Position numbers and translations under genes: made by a program
Notes under the pieces: model-generated
What the model was told of the DNA's origin: nothing
Seen by the model: the letters and a program-made list of their open reading frames with translations, nothing else
The model's database searches: none
Shown: positions 36,578 through 37,267 of the stretch, piece by piece
How the letters are laid out: each line of letters opens with the position of its first letter
Numbering within the stretch: the stretch's first letter is position 1
Assembly: GCA_049964795.1 (NCBI GenBank)
Contig: JBMFWY010000009.1
Location: 1 to 37,267, forward strand
DNA: 37,267 nt
Reading direction: 5' to 3'
Source: Candidatus Micrarchaeia archaeon
GTDB lineage: Archaea > Micrarchaeota > Micrarchaeia > Micrarchaeales > Micrarchaeaceae

Positions 36578-37147
36578 TTAAAACTTCCTGCGAGGCACTA
36601 TATCCAAGTTTGCCTTAAGCAAGGCTTCCACTGGATGCGTCCCACGACCGACATCACACAGCAGCGACATGGCAAGTTCACTCCCAAGCCTTCCCTCTGG
36701 AACGCTATAGCTAAGCGAGGAGAGAATTGCGTCGAGTTCTTTTTGCTTTTTCTCAGGTCTACCGGTAAAGTTGATATCTTCCTGCTCAAGAATCCAGTTT
36801 AAGGCGTACAAGATATATTCTAAAGGATAGCCTTGCAAATCTGCAGAATCATTTTGATATCTTTCTAGTGCGCTTTTGACGTCTTTTGTTTTCCATACTT
36901 CATAAATTGCCTTTAGTACTGCCATTCCTGCGTTTTTATTCTGGCACAGCTTGCCATAGAGGTCTATTAGAAAGTGTGCATGTTTTGGCACCATAGATCG
37001 CAGAGGACTTGTTGAGGTCACGAGCCGGACACGGAAATCTCTGCCAGACTTGCCGTCTTCTGTTTTAAGCAAAAGCCAGCCATTTGACAATGGTATAATC
37101 TCTTTTATTTCTTTTTTCCTTATTCTTGAGCCGACTCTTATCTCCAT
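36578..37147 (-). CDS. hypothetical protein (189 aa) upstream of RHH-MTase
   Basis: Motif-like segments PKHAHFLIDLYGK, GYPLEY, WILEQEDINF, HPVEA; TATATAAG about 35 nt upstream of ATG 37147. Confidence 0.75.
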   Translation of the reverse strand: MEIRVGSRIRKKEIKEIIPLSNGWLLLKTEDGKSGRDFRVRLVTSTSPLRSMVPKHAHFLIDLYGKLCQNKNAGMAVLKAIYEVWKTKDVKSALERYQNDSADLQGYPLEYILYALNWILEQEDINFTGRPEKKQKELDAILSSLSYSVPEGRLGSELAMSLLCDVGRGTHPVEALLKANLDIVPRRKF

Positions 37148-37267
37148 AGAATCAGTATCAATTTTTAGAATTAAAGGCTTATATAGCTTCTGAGCGTGCG
37201 AAAAGATATTTATGGAAATGAAGGGCTTATGCAACGGAAAGATATTGCCCTGCTTCTTGGTAAAACC

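Noticed and set aside
1-37267. CRISPR array, rRNA, integrase or intact transposase
   Set aside because: No regularly spaced 25-40-bp repeats, rRNA-like segments or recombinase motifs seen by eye.

Overview
Archaeal chromosomal window. Gene content, compact intergenics and GGTG Shine-Dalgarno motifs suggest a DPANN archaeon, probably Micrarchaeota (inference). Most of it (1-33.5 kb) is housekeeping: intron-containing tRNA-Thr(TGT), a flippase, rpl40e, PolD DP2/DP1, a VIT1-like transporter, Hsp20, prepilin peptidase, a divergent lipoate-ligase-like protein, serine hydrolase, FKBP, a GT-C glycosyltransferase, dnaG, sui1, rpl29, MoxR, rpo4, DUF655, rpl21e, trmI, topA, a small DMT transporter pair, pelota, pheS/pheT and nop5. 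The right end (~33.6-37.3 kb) looks accessory. It holds a hypothetical gene, an uncalled C2H2-like microprotein with an antisense ORF, a wHTH gene, an MGMT, and a cassette of unknown protein + uncalled RHH regulator + amino-DNA methyltransferase with a palindrome over its TATA box. Top observations: (1) a stand-alone single-repeat 'half' TBP that keeps the TATA-binding residues, followed by a promoter-led triple-hairpin element; (2) the candidate RHH-controlled R-M-like cassette; (3) a possible ATA start on rpl29, which is coupled to aIF1/SUI1; (4) the overlapping microprotein/antisense pair; (5) an orphan IS200/IS605-type right end. All family calls come from motif recognition by eye; no searches were run.
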